This document shows positions 54,883 to 63,654 of a DNA stretch of 64,000 nucleotides, one piece after another. The translations under genes were made by a program, and so were the position numbers. Source of the stretch: a virus. Under the pieces are notes generated by a model. It was not told the DNA's origin. It worked only from the letters and a program-made list of their open reading frames with translations, and ran no database searches. The DNA is taken from IMG/VR virus record IMGVR_UViG_3300042898_004347, positions 32,001-96,000 of that record; one strand, 5' to 3'. Positions within the stretch are counted from its first letter, which is position 1; each line of letters starts with the position of its first letter.

Positions 54883-55458
54883 TTAGATTGTTCCCGTCTT
54901 CACATTGTGTTCAACGCCACCGGCTCCAATATCAGCAATACGATAGCCCATTGGCTTCGTTACAGAAACCTTGACCATGGGTTTTTTCTTGAGACGGTTC
55001 CGCTTCTTTGTGCGGGCATCTGTTTCCTCTGCAAGACCAAAGTGTTTTGCCACGTGCGTGTCTCCGTGACGATGACGGAGGATATCGGCAATCATTCCTT
55101 TTTTACCGCCAACATCCGCGGGAGTATATTTTGATTGCACCTTTCCCTGAATGTCCCGATGAATCTTGTGGACTTCATCCGTGGATTTACCCATTAGGCT
55201 CTCGTGATCCTTTTTAATGTCGGCCTGTCTACGAGTATCAAGGGCATCGTTTGCTTCATCCACTGGCTTTGCCGCCTCAGCCTCTTTTACGTTATCCGCA
55301 ACCTTTAACTGTGGGTGCCGTGATTGCTTAAAGTTTGCCCGAATCTTCTCGGTGCCTTCTTCTGCAAGCGACCTCTTGCGTTTATACGCATAGAAATCTT
55401 GCATTTCGGTTTCGCCACCAGCATACTGGACTGTACTGAAATCTTTAAAACTGTACAT
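54883..55458 (-). CDS. Hypothetical probable internal head protein
   Basis: MYSFKDF start; TATAAATA at 55518-55525. Confidence 0.65.
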   Translation of the reverse strand: MYSFKDFSTVQYAGGETEMQDFYAYKRKRSLAEEGTEKIRANFKQSRHPQLKVADNVKEAEAAKPVDEANDALDTRRQADIKKDHESLMGKSTDEVHKIHRDIQGKVQSKYTPADVGGKKGMIADILRHRHGDTHVAKHFGLAEETDARTKKRNRLKKKPMVKVSVTKPMGYRIADIGAGGVEHNVKTGTI

Positions 55459-55567
55459 AATTGTTCGAGGTTCCCATTACCCGGAAAGTAGTTTTCCGAG
55501 TCGTTAATGTAGAATACTATTTATACTATCAACACTTTGAATTAGTGTAAACTATAAATATGTTCCT

Positions 55568-55876
55568 ATGCAATACTCAAAACATATTCTATCGGCAGTT
55601 GTTATTTCTGCCCTTCTCACCGGTTGCGGCACAGTCGATTCAGCTTATCAATCCACAAAGGGAATTGGTTCTGCTGCTATTGGTGGCGTTGGCAATATCG
55701 TAGGTAACGGAGCCTCCGATGCTTCCAAGACTCTTGGAGTTGCTTCGGATGCTGCTGGCAAAGTTGTCAGTGGCGCAGGCAAGGTTCTCGGTGGAGGTCT
55801 CGATCTCGTAGGTGGTGTCGTTAAAGGCACTTCCGATATCGTAGCTCCATCAGCTCCGGCTCCTAAGTCCTACTAA
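55568..55876 (+). CDS. Gly/Ala-rich small lipoprotein
   Basis: Lipobox LLTGC; TATAAATA at 55553-55560; own terminator. Confidence 0.8.
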   Translation: MQYSKHILSAVVISALLTGCGTVDSAYQSTKGIGSAAIGGVGNIVGNGASDASKTLGVASDAAGKVVSGAGKVLGGGLDLVGGVVKGTSDIVAPSAPAPKSY

Positions 55877-55900
55877 GACTGATTACAATTTAGCTCGATT

Positions 55901-55927
55901 AACCCTGAGAGAAATCTCGGGGTTTTT
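55901..55927 (+). terminator. Intrinsic terminator
   Basis: AACCCTGAGA-GAAA-TCTCGGGGTTTTT. Confidence 0.85.
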
Positions 55928-55969
55928 CATGAACGCAATAAGTTCGGATTATATAAATAGGATATCACT

Positions 55970-57211
55970 ATGTTTTATCTGGAATCTCTTCGCTCAATTG
56001 CCAATACGTATTTAGAAATGATTTTGGAAAGTGCAGAGCCGCAAAAGCTCAAGCATATCCATCATGCTGAAGACCGTCCGCTTTTGCACGGATCCCAAGG
56101 TTTTGAACATGCTCATTCTGCACTCATGCATGCACACGAGCATATGAAGGCGAAGAAGTCTAGCTCGGATCTAACGATGAAATACGATGGAGCTCCATCG
56201 ATTGTTTTCGGTCATCATCCGGTAACTAAGAAGTTTTTCGTTGCAACGAAGTCCGCTTTCAATAAAGATCCAAAGTTAGCACACACTCCGGCAGATGTGG
56301 ACAAACACTATGGTCACGCTCCGGGTCTTGCTAGCAAGTTAAAAACAGCTTTAAAGCATCTTCCAAAAATCACTCCGAAGCACGGAGTATATCAGGGAGA
56401 CGTTATGCACTCACGTGAGGATCATAAGTTGCATGAGGCAGTTTCTTTTACTCCAAATACCATTACCTATACGGCTCATGGAGACGAAGAGAAGAAAGTA
56501 AAACGTTCTCATGTTGGAGTTGTGGTGCATCAGCAGTATCATCCGAATCCTACAAAACCAGGATTCGAACATATGTCTGTCAGTGCACATCCAGACACTC
56601 ACAATTTTACTCAGCATCCTGACGTTCATATGAAGACGGCAGAACACGATACGAGCAAGATCGATTATCCTAAGCATGATCAGGATGCTTTCCATAAACA
56701 CATGGCAGCTGCAAAGGCGATCCATGACAAACATGGACCAAAGATGTATGCAGCAACCCAACGCCATCAGGGCGAAAGCGGCCATCTTGCCACATACATT
56801 AACCATACGGTTCGCCACGATCAAACTCCAAATGCGTCTGGATTTAAGTCTCATCTAGCGGCACATCATGAGAAGATTGCTAGCAAATTAAAAAGTTCAG
56901 GTGGAATTCAAAAGGCAAAAGCAACTGGCGCAGAACATGCAGCTCATGTTCAAAAGCATGCTGGACATTACAACAATCTGTTGGCAATGCATGGACATCT
57001 TGCAGCGGCAAAACACACTTTGGTTAGAAACCTAGAAAAGCATGAAGGTGGTCTGGACCATCATATCAACGGCATAAAGTCAAAACCAGAAGGATTCGTC
57101 ATTAACCATACGCACGCTGGACATACGGAACCAACTAAATTAGTGAATCGTTCAGAATTTGCAAAGGCGAATCTATTAAAGGTTAAACCTTGGGCTGCTA
57201 AAAAACCGTGA
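55970..57211 (+). CDS. His-rich ligase-like nucleotidyltransferase (DUF6267-like)
   Basis: TMKYDGAPSIVFG (KxDG), FFVATKSAFNK, YQGDVM, PNTITY, PEGFV, KLVNRSEF; TATAAATA at 55952-55959. Confidence 0.75.
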   Translation: MFYLESLRSIANTYLEMILESAEPQKLKHIHHAEDRPLLHGSQGFEHAHSALMHAHEHMKAKKSSSDLTMKYDGAPSIVFGHHPVTKKFFVATKSAFNKDPKLAHTPADVDKHYGHAPGLASKLKTALKHLPKITPKHGVYQGDVMHSREDHKLHEAVSFTPNTITYTAHGDEEKKVKRSHVGVVVHQQYHPNPTKPGFEHMSVSAHPDTHNFTQHPDVHMKTAEHDTSKIDYPKHDQDAFHKHMAAAKAIHDKHGPKMYAATQRHQGESGHLATYINHTVRHDQTPNASGFKSHLAAHHEKIASKLKSSGGIQKAKATGAEHAAHVQKHAGHYNNLLAMHGHLAAAKHTLVRNLEKHEGGLDHHINGIKSKPEGFVINHTHAGHTEPTKLVNRSEFAKANLLKVKPWAAKKP

Positions 57212-57831
57212 AGTCGTTCCTGGAGTTTTTAGCTGAGGCGGCTGAGCATGGCACTCTGCATTCATTTGACGTGGATGAAACGCTGTTTAAAACCAATGCA
57301 AAAGTTCACGTGATGCACGGACAGAAACACGTTGCATCTTTGAGTAATTCGGAATACAACACTCATAAATTATCTCCTGGTCACCACTACAATTTTAGCG
57401 AGTTTGAAGATTCTAAGAAATTTCATGATGAATCCCATCCAATCCACAAGATGTTGGCAAAAGTAAAAGCAATTCATAGTAACATTAAGAATTCGCCACA
57501 TCACAAAATTATCATTAATACGGCAAGAAGCGATATGAATGATAAAGAAACATATCTTGCTAAATTTAAAAAGCATGGTCTTCCCATGCACGACATTCAC
57601 GTTCACCGTGCGGGTAATGACAAGACTCCTGGTAGTGTTGCCCAAAAGAAAGCCCGTGTGATCGACCATCAGATTACTACTCACAAATTTAAAAACGTCC
57701 ACGTGTATGACGATAGCACTGAGAATTTAGATCACTCTTTGGCTCTAGGTGCAAAGCATCCGAATACAAAGATTCACGCATGGCACGTTCATCACGATGG
57801 AAGCGTTAAGGCATATCACGGAGCAAAATAA
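57208..57831 (+). CDS. His-rich HAD phosphatase
   Basis: FDVDETL, NTARS, KK, YDDS..NL. Confidence 0.82.
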   Translation: MKSFLEFLAEAAEHGTLHSFDVDETLFKTNAKVHVMHGQKHVASLSNSEYNTHKLSPGHHYNFSEFEDSKKFHDESHPIHKMLAKVKAIHSNIKNSPHHKIIINTARSDMNDKETYLAKFKKHGLPMHDIHVHRAGNDKTPGSVAQKKARVIDHQITTHKFKNVHVYDDSTENLDHSLALGAKHPNTKIHAWHVHHDGSVKAYHGAK

Positions 57832-57833
57832 TC

Positions 57834-58454
57834 ATGAAATCGTTTAAACAATTTCTAAAAGAAGCAGCAGCCTCCGAATCGCATCACGTGTTGGCATTCG
57901 GACGTATGAATCCTATTACTAACGGACATGAAAACGTAGTGAACAAGGTCCACGAAATTGCAAAGAAGCATAATGCAGGACATACTGTTATTGTGTCCCA
58001 CTCGCAGGACACAAAGAAAAATCCTCTCACGGGCGCGCAGAAAGTAAAGCACGCCAAGCACGCCTTTCCAGGAACGAATATAATTTCATCCAGCAAAGAA
58101 AAGCCAACGATCCTTCACCATGCCGCAGATCTTTCTGACAAAGGCGTTCAGCATTTACACGTTATAATGGGATCAGATCGTGCAAAAGACACCCGCGCTT
58201 TACTTCATAAGTATAACGGAGTGTCTTCTTCGAGTGGCCATAAGGGTTACAAATTTAAATCAATTACCGTACATTCTGCAGGAGAACGTGATCCTGATGC
58301 GGAAGGAACTGCGGGCATTTCGGCTAGCAAGATGCGTGCACATGCAGCATCTGGAAATAAAAAAGCTTTCCATGCGGGTGCACCTTCAAAAATGACTGCT
58401 GCACATAAAGACGCCATGTATCATGACGTTCGTAAGGGAATGGGAATAAAGTAA
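57834..58454 (+). CDS. His-rich cytidyltransferase-like (HIGH superfamily) protein
   Basis: FGRMNPITNGH, KKNPL, MGSDR, SAGERDPDAEG..GISASKMR. Confidence 0.88.
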   Translation: MKSFKQFLKEAAASESHHVLAFGRMNPITNGHENVVNKVHEIAKKHNAGHTVIVSHSQDTKKNPLTGAQKVKHAKHAFPGTNIISSSKEKPTILHHAADLSDKGVQHLHVIMGSDRAKDTRALLHKYNGVSSSSGHKGYKFKSITVHSAGERDPDAEGTAGISASKMRAHAASGNKKAFHAGAPSKMTAAHKDAMYHDVRKGMGIK

Positions 58455-58460
58455 CATCCG

Positions 58461-59729
58461 TTACTTTTTTAGTTTAAACCCAATCTTATTGCCGCCAGGA
58501 TTTGCGGCATTCGAGTGATATTCAAATATGAATTTACTCTCGGCAAATCCGCGAAGTTCGTATTCGGTACTACCCGGGGATAGGTAGATATAAAGCTGCT
58601 GGATATTATTTGAACTGACGACGTCTGTCAGGAATTTAGTATATTTTGGATTTTGATTTACTTCATCCACAAGTGCGTATGCCATTGGAGAAAGTATTGC
58701 GCCAGATTTCTTTTGGCTTGGCGACTTCCACATTTCGATTAATGTATTGACATTTGCGGCACGCTTAATTTTAGAATAGAGGTGTTGATCCAGAGCGGCA
58801 AAGGCTGCATTTCCGTCTTTAAAAACTTTTAACCATTCCTCAAGATCTGCTGCATTATATTGTGGTTTTCCAATAATGGTACCAACTCTACGATATAAAT
58901 CTGAATTGATTGCTTTGGCCGCCATGATAATTCCATCAGTACCGGAATTTTCCGTAATGGCTCCAATGAACTGATACATCAGTTTTTCATCACGATCATT
59001 GAAGTTTTTCCCCTGAATCATTGACCACACTGAAGAAATTGATGGGGCTGCACCGCCTCCAGCTTTAGCAGATACTGAAACCTTTAGTTTGTTCTTAAGT
59101 ACTCCGTAATAATCCACGAGCCGTTCATTGCTCTTTGACGGAAATTCAATGGCAATCACATCGGTATTCGTATAGTTATTTAAAAACCACCAAGCTCCAC
59201 TGATTTCTCCAAAGTCTTTTGCAATAATGGCAAGATCTTTATCGGAAATTTCTTTTGCGGCTTTTGGTGTAGAAAATTTAGACTTATCGCTATTTTCGGC
59301 TAGTTCCTTTAAGAACTCTTTAATATGTGGAGGTACTAAGTTATTTCTATCAATTGCCAGTCTAATTTCCTTTAGATAGTTAGACTTTAAAATAGTTTTT
59401 CCACCCAGGCCGAATCCATCCGGAGTAAGTGATTTGTTTGCGATCGTTTTAGCATTATCCGAACTGGTTTTACTTTTAACTCCAGGCTTCTGCAACATAT
59501 CAAATTTAACGCGGACTTTGCAAATTTTTCCACCAAATTTATAGATTACGCGCGGTTTTGGATCGTAAGTTTTAACCGATGGAACAGTTACTTCCTGACC
59601 TTGTTTAATGATACCAATCTCTTTTCCAGTTTTGTCATCGAATGCCTCAGCATCTTTCTTGATAACAGTCGAGACATCTCCTGCGAATTTGTAGTATTTT
59701 TCCCACGCTGATTTCCCGGTTGTTGCCAT
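58461..59729 (-). CDS. Putative PD-(D/E)XK nuclease-fold protein
   Basis: KDFGEISGA, FPSKSNERLVDYY, VSAKAGGG. Confidence 0.55.
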   Translation of the reverse strand: MATTGKSAWEKYYKFAGDVSTVIKKDAEAFDDKTGKEIGIIKQGQEVTVPSVKTYDPKPRVIYKFGGKICKVRVKFDMLQKPGVKSKTSSDNAKTIANKSLTPDGFGLGGKTILKSNYLKEIRLAIDRNNLVPPHIKEFLKELAENSDKSKFSTPKAAKEISDKDLAIIAKDFGEISGAWWFLNNYTNTDVIAIEFPSKSNERLVDYYGVLKNKLKVSVSAKAGGGAAPSISSVWSMIQGKNFNDRDEKLMYQFIGAITENSGTDGIIMAAKAINSDLYRRVGTIIGKPQYNAADLEEWLKVFKDGNAAFAALDQHLYSKIKRAANVNTLIEMWKSPSQKKSGAILSPMAYALVDEVNQNPKYTKFLTDVVSSNNIQQLYIYLSPGSTEYELRGFAESKFIFEYHSNAANPGGNKIGFKLKK

Positions 59730-59758
59730 ATGATCTATTTATCAGCCTCAAAAAAGTA

Positions 59759-60265
59759 TTAGATAATATAATCAGTGTCTCTGATGTACCACCGTTTCTT
59801 GCTATACCGCTTATTGTGCACAAACATTTCGTATAGGCCGGTTTCTCTGCCATAAGCTTCAATTTCCCAGGGTAACTCCCAATAATTACCTTTATCCGTA
59901 TGATAGGATTGACCTTTCCATTTTGTGATGTAACAGTTGCCCGTATCACACATCTCGCGTTTCACAAACTGTTTGACGTGGACACACTCATGGGCCAGAG
60001 CTCTGAGCAAGCCGTGCATATTCATGCTAGAATCGGCTGTGATGTTAAATTCTCTTGGCTTATTCCGGTCATCTTCCCAGATACAATCTGCTTTAAGGCT
60101 TTCCTTTTTAAATAGATCCTTCCGCAGTTTGATTAAAACCATTACGCTATGTCCAGGGATGAGGTCTTTTAAATAATAATGAGCCGCCTCATTCACTAAT
60201 TTCTTCTGCAGCTTCGATCCTCCTGATACGATAATCTCGTTCATGTTTATGGTAGAGGCTGCCAT
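59759..60265 (-). CDS. Zincin-like metalloprotease
   Basis: LAHECVHVKQF and LPWEIEAY. Confidence 0.85.
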   Translation of the reverse strand: MAASTINMNEIIVSGGSKLQKKLVNEAAHYYLKDLIPGHSVMVLIKLRKDLFKKESLKADCIWEDDRNKPREFNITADSSMNMHGLLRALAHECVHVKQFVKREMCDTGNCYITKWKGQSYHTDKGNYWELPWEIEAYGRETGLYEMFVHNKRYSKKRWYIRDTDYII

Positions 60266-60762
60266 TTAATGGGTTGAGTTGAATTGACGCGAAATACCGC
60301 ATAGGTTCTATCAAAGAATTCCCTAGCGTTTATTTTCTCTCGATAGAATTGACCGACAGAAACTGTATGCAGGATCATGTAATCGTCATCCGAGGCCATG
60401 ATCAGAATCGCTGCATGCGCAGTATCCTTATTTACTCCGGGTACCTTTGCCTTTAATTCATCCGGAACAAGACCCACCCAGAAATAAGGCATGCCATACT
60501 GAATGTTGCAGTCAAATACTTCGGGTCCCTTTACAACCACATAGATGCATTGAAGCTTATCGCTCGGCATCCGTTTGTTCCATGCCTGCGTAGAGTCGTA
60601 GAGGGTTGGAGGCGTATTCTTATCCGGTACCAATCTCTTCATCCATTCCGCATACGATATCTGCACACCCATAAGACCCGAAAGAGTCTGGTAGGTAAGC
60701 GGTACGCAGTCATTTGCCCGTAATGAGCCAATGATGAATAGAATGCAGAGAAGGAGTCTCAT
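60247..60762 (-). CDS. Exported hypothetical protein, possibly papain/C39-like
   Basis: Signal peptide, NDCVP, AHAAIL. Confidence 0.5.
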   Translation of the reverse strand: MRLLLCILFIIGSLRANDCVPLTYQTLSGLMGVQISYAEWMKRLVPDKNTPPTLYDSTQAWNKRMPSDKLQCIYVVVKGPEVFDCNIQYGMPYFWVGLVPDELKAKVPGVNKDTAHAAILIMASDDDYMILHTVSVGQFYREKINAREFFDRTYAVFRVNSTQPIKWQPLP

Positions 60763-60947
60763 TTAGTTTTCTTTTTTTGTTCTGGCTTTGCGGTCCATAG
60801 AGAGTCACCTTTGTAGAGGAGGACCATGGCGGAACCAAACAGAGTCAGTCCCACCCATTTTTCATCAGACCTGCCCATAAGCCACATTGAGAGTAGGAAT
60901 AGACCAGCGGCAAATATATCAAATAGAATTGAATAGATTTTGTTCAT
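60759..60947 (-). CDS. Small membrane protein
   Basis: Start MNKIYS, two TM segments. Confidence 0.55.
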   Translation of the reverse strand: MNKIYSILFDIFAAGLFLLSMWLMGRSDEKWVGLTLFGSAMVLLYKGDSLWTAKPEQKKKTK

Positions 60948-61118
60948 TTTTTTGCAGACATATAATTGATGACTGAGATGAGTAACCACAGAAACCAGCA
61001 CATGAGAACAAACTTAAACGCAATTACCGATATGGAGTAGAGAAGAGTCGCAATTGCAAGCGTACAGGCAAATGCAATTAAGCTCAGTGTTACAATTGAT
61101 AGGAAGTGGATCATAACA

Positions 61119-61382
61119 TTAGATTCCGTGTTCTTTACGCCAAAGACCAAACAGATCGTGCGAATCAAGTGGACCAGCACCAATGCGGTTGGGCATGCGC
61201 AGATTGATCCAGAGGCGAATATCCTCAGGGGCCATCATCTCATATGGCGAAAAGTCACACGAGACGATGGTACCGTTTTCGTGAACAAAATCATGCCAGA
61301 TTTTGCTGCAGTCCGTATCGTAATCCTCGTAGGGTTGATACGTCCAACCCATGTAGCTATAATTTTCAGTTGCGGTAATCAT
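61119..61382 (-). CDS. Hypothetical protein
   Basis: Start MITATEN; YEDYDTDCSKIWH, DFSPY. Confidence 0.6.
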   Translation of the reverse strand: MITATENYSYMGWTYQPYEDYDTDCSKIWHDFVHENGTIVSCDFSPYEMMAPEDIRLWINLRMPNRIGAGPLDSHDLFGLWRKEHGI

Positions 61383-61383
61383 T

Positions 61384-61707
61384 TTAGTATTGTGTTTCGC
61401 TTGTGTAATTTGTTCCGAAGAGGCGAGTGCCGACTTCGGGTGGCATCCAGACACTTAGTTGGTTGAATTTAAGACTTTTTTTATAGTCCCAGATGGAACA
61501 TGGCACCTCACGGGCGCCTGCCATTGGAATGGCAGAAGGAACAGTGGCTTCAAATTGCCATTGAAACATCACCTTGCCGTCTCCGTCACCTACAGCAAAT
61601 GTAGCTGGAGGAAATCCAAGGATCTTAGTGACTTCATCGGCCGAGATATTGGATAGGATGCCAGTCCGATGCGATGAATAAAAGCCATGAGTTTGTTTGA
61701 TCTTCAT
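61384..61707 (-). CDS. Conserved phage hypothetical protein
   Basis: ILGFP...DGKVMFQW...IWDYK. Confidence 0.7.
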   Translation of the reverse strand: MKIKQTHGFYSSHRTGILSNISADEVTKILGFPPATFAVGDGDGKVMFQWQFEATVPSAIPMAGAREVPCSIWDYKKSLKFNQLSVWMPPEVGTRLFGTNYTSETQY

Positions 61708-61710
61708 GTT

Positions 61711-61914
61711 TTATTCCTCGTTGGTGTTGATGAAGTTGTCAACGTTGTACTTCGTCATCTCAGAGACGACCGAAGCGGTCTCACGATCGCCGACCTGGAT
61801 AACTCCAAGGGCGAGAGCCTCGTGCTTAGCCTTGAGGGTTTTGCGAAGCTTCGCAATGACTGCAGCTTTGTTGACTTGGAATTTTCCGTTTGGGAGCTTC
61901 TTTGTTAATTTCAT
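61711..61914 (-). CDS. Hypothetical early protein
   Basis: Directly behind a repeat-family promoter. Confidence 0.65.
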   Translation of the reverse strand: MKLTKKLPNGKFQVNKAAVIAKLRKTLKAKHEALALGVIQVGDRETASVVSEMTKYNVDNFINTNEE

Positions 61915-61981
61915 AAGATAATAGTACTAAATTCTGGGTAAAAGTAAATAACTACGATTTGCCTAAGTGATTGATTACCAA
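61915..61981 (-). promoter_or_regulatory. Early promoter with IHF-consensus box
   Basis: AATCAATCACTTAGG-N13-TTTACT...TACTAT. Confidence 0.75.
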
Positions 61982-61998
61982 TAGGGGCTAAAAATACT

Positions 61999-62352
61999 TC
62001 AAGGTTTAGTGACAATCTGAGCGTATTCTTCACCGTTTTTGGATAGGATGTACTTTCCATCCACGAGGCGGGCTTCGTAGCTGGTCGTTGATACCTCCGA
62101 GCTAGATTCACCCTTTGGCTTGTTGAAAGAAGCAACCGATTGCTCCTTCGTCTGTTTCACCTTTACGAACTCAGTCGATGCACTGGCAGAACCTACGCGT
62201 TTGCCTTTTTTAGACCTGAAGGTCTTTTCAAGCAGCTCTAGCGAGCCAGCCTTTTCGATCCGTTTCGAAATGTAGTCCCAACCACGATAGGTAACCAGCT
62301 CGCCGGTCACGGTGCATTTCAAAGTAAGTTTATTAATTTGTGTGTTATTCAT
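61999..62352 (-). CDS. Hypothetical early protein
   Basis: 117 aa directly behind a repeat-family promoter. Confidence 0.7.
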   Translation of the reverse strand: MNNTQINKLTLKCTVTGELVTYRGWDYISKRIEKAGSLELLEKTFRSKKGKRVGSASASTEFVKVKQTKEQSVASFNKPKGESSSEVSTTSYEARLVDGKYILSKNGEEYAQIVTKP

Positions 62353-62478
62353 TATGGTACAATCCTACATTAATTCCTAGAAAAGTAAATAACTACGATT
62401 TACCTAAGTCGTTGATTACCAACACGAGACGAAAATACTTTCAGAAACAATAAGTGGCTGGTCCCCAATAACTTAGGA
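62353..62478 (-). promoter_or_regulatory. Early promoter with paired IHF-like boxes
   Basis: AATCAACGACTTAGG-N13-TTTACT...TAGGAT; inverted box at 62451-62477. Confidence 0.75.
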
Positions 62479-62515
62479 AACCAGCCACCTATGAATGAAC
62501 GACCTATGTCGTAGT

Positions 62516-62800
62516 TTACTTGCTCAGCTGATAGAGCTTTGCCGCAGGACCGCGGGAACCCTTCGCCTTAGGAGCATCGCCAACGATCTTACCGTTGGTC
62601 TTGACGTACTCGTAGATGTACCAGTGGTCAGCACCAATCGCGGTGACAATCTCTTTCAGAGTGAAAGGATTGGCTGGGAATTGGAACTTGCTGACGAGCG
62701 AAACCGCTTCAGACTTCTTGACACCACGACGAGGAGTCGTGGAGGCAGTTGCGCTGGCGGTGACGGTGGTATTAGACGAGGCGGTGTTATTAACTTTCAT
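62516..62800 (-). CDS. Small basic protein, possibly winged-helix DNA-binding
   Basis: FTLKEIV...KGSRGPAAKLYQL. Confidence 0.6.
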   Translation of the reverse strand: MKVNNTASSNTTVTASATASTTPRRGVKKSEAVSLVSKFQFPANPFTLKEIVTAIGADHWYIYEYVKTNGKIVGDAPKAKGSRGPAAKLYQLSK

Positions 62801-62955
62801 GATGTATTTTATTGTTGTTGATTTGAAGAGAAAGGCTAACCGTATTGGTCAGTCGTCTCAATCGATACTGATAACAATACTTAGTTCCTGCTTGGTGTAA
62901 ATAACAAAATGACCTATATGTGATCTAAAAAACTAAACCGTTGATCATCAACAAC

Positions 62956-63654
62956 TTAGGAAGTTTTGATTTCCGCAAATTCTGAGATCATTGGAAAGAT
63001 TGGAGCAAGGGCAAGAGCCATATTCTGCGCCAATTCCATATGTTCCTTCTGCGTCCCATTGCCCGAACGAACCTCGATGTAATGGATAAAGCTACGCAAC
63101 GTTCCAGAGACGTAAAGGCGCGAGACAGTATTACCCTCAGGTAGAATTGCGCGGGCTTGTTCCTTGGCAATACCGCGTTCCAATGCAGCTTTATAAGTTG
63201 TTGTTACTAAATCAATTACCTCTTGCTGTTTGTTTTCCCACCACAATTTTGTGGCGTCATCAGCAGTATTCAAGGAATTCTGACGATTCTTATCATCCTG
63301 AAGGCGAGCTTCACGCGTTACAAAGTCCAACTCTTTCACGGGATCCGCATAACGCTGGCTGAATTCTTGGAAAGAGAACGAGCGGTGCCGAAGAAGCTGA
63401 CGAGCAATATCCCGCGTCGTATTAACTTCTACGCAGGCAGACACCATCTCAAGTGGAGACCAATGCTTGTTGCGAATAAGGTAACGAATCAGTTTGTCCG
63501 AAGTCTCGGTATTGAACTGGTTCTTCGGATTCGAAACTCGTGCGCAAAATGCAATGAGATCCTGAAGGTCCATACTGAAATCTTCGATTCCAAGTGGTTT
63601 TAGGCCATCCGCCATCTTAGAGTGACTAATGAGTTTTACTTTTTTACTTATCAT
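62956..63654 (-). CDS. thyX: Flavin-dependent thymidylate synthase
   Basis: FCARVSNP, HWSPLE, RQLLRHRSFSFQEFSQRY, AKEQARAILP, TQKEH. Confidence 0.97.
   Translation of the reverse strand: MISKKVKLISHSKMADGLKPLGIEDFSMDLQDLIAFCARVSNPKNQFNTETSDKLIRYLIRNKHWSPLEMVSACVEVNTTRDIARQLLRHRSFSFQEFSQRYADPVKELDFVTREARLQDDKNRQNSLNTADDATKLWWENKQQEVIDLVTTTYKAALERGIAKEQARAILPEGNTVSRLYVSGTLRSFIHYIEVRSGNGTQKEHMELAQNMALALAPIFPMISEFAEIKTS

Noticed and set aside
58461-59729. Restriction-modification system
   Set aside because: Only weak nuclease-like motifs and no adjacent methyltransferase
14617-62478. Dispersed repeats as CRISPR array or mobile-element ends
   Set aside because: Not tandem, no spacers; each contains -35/-10 boxes directly before a gene
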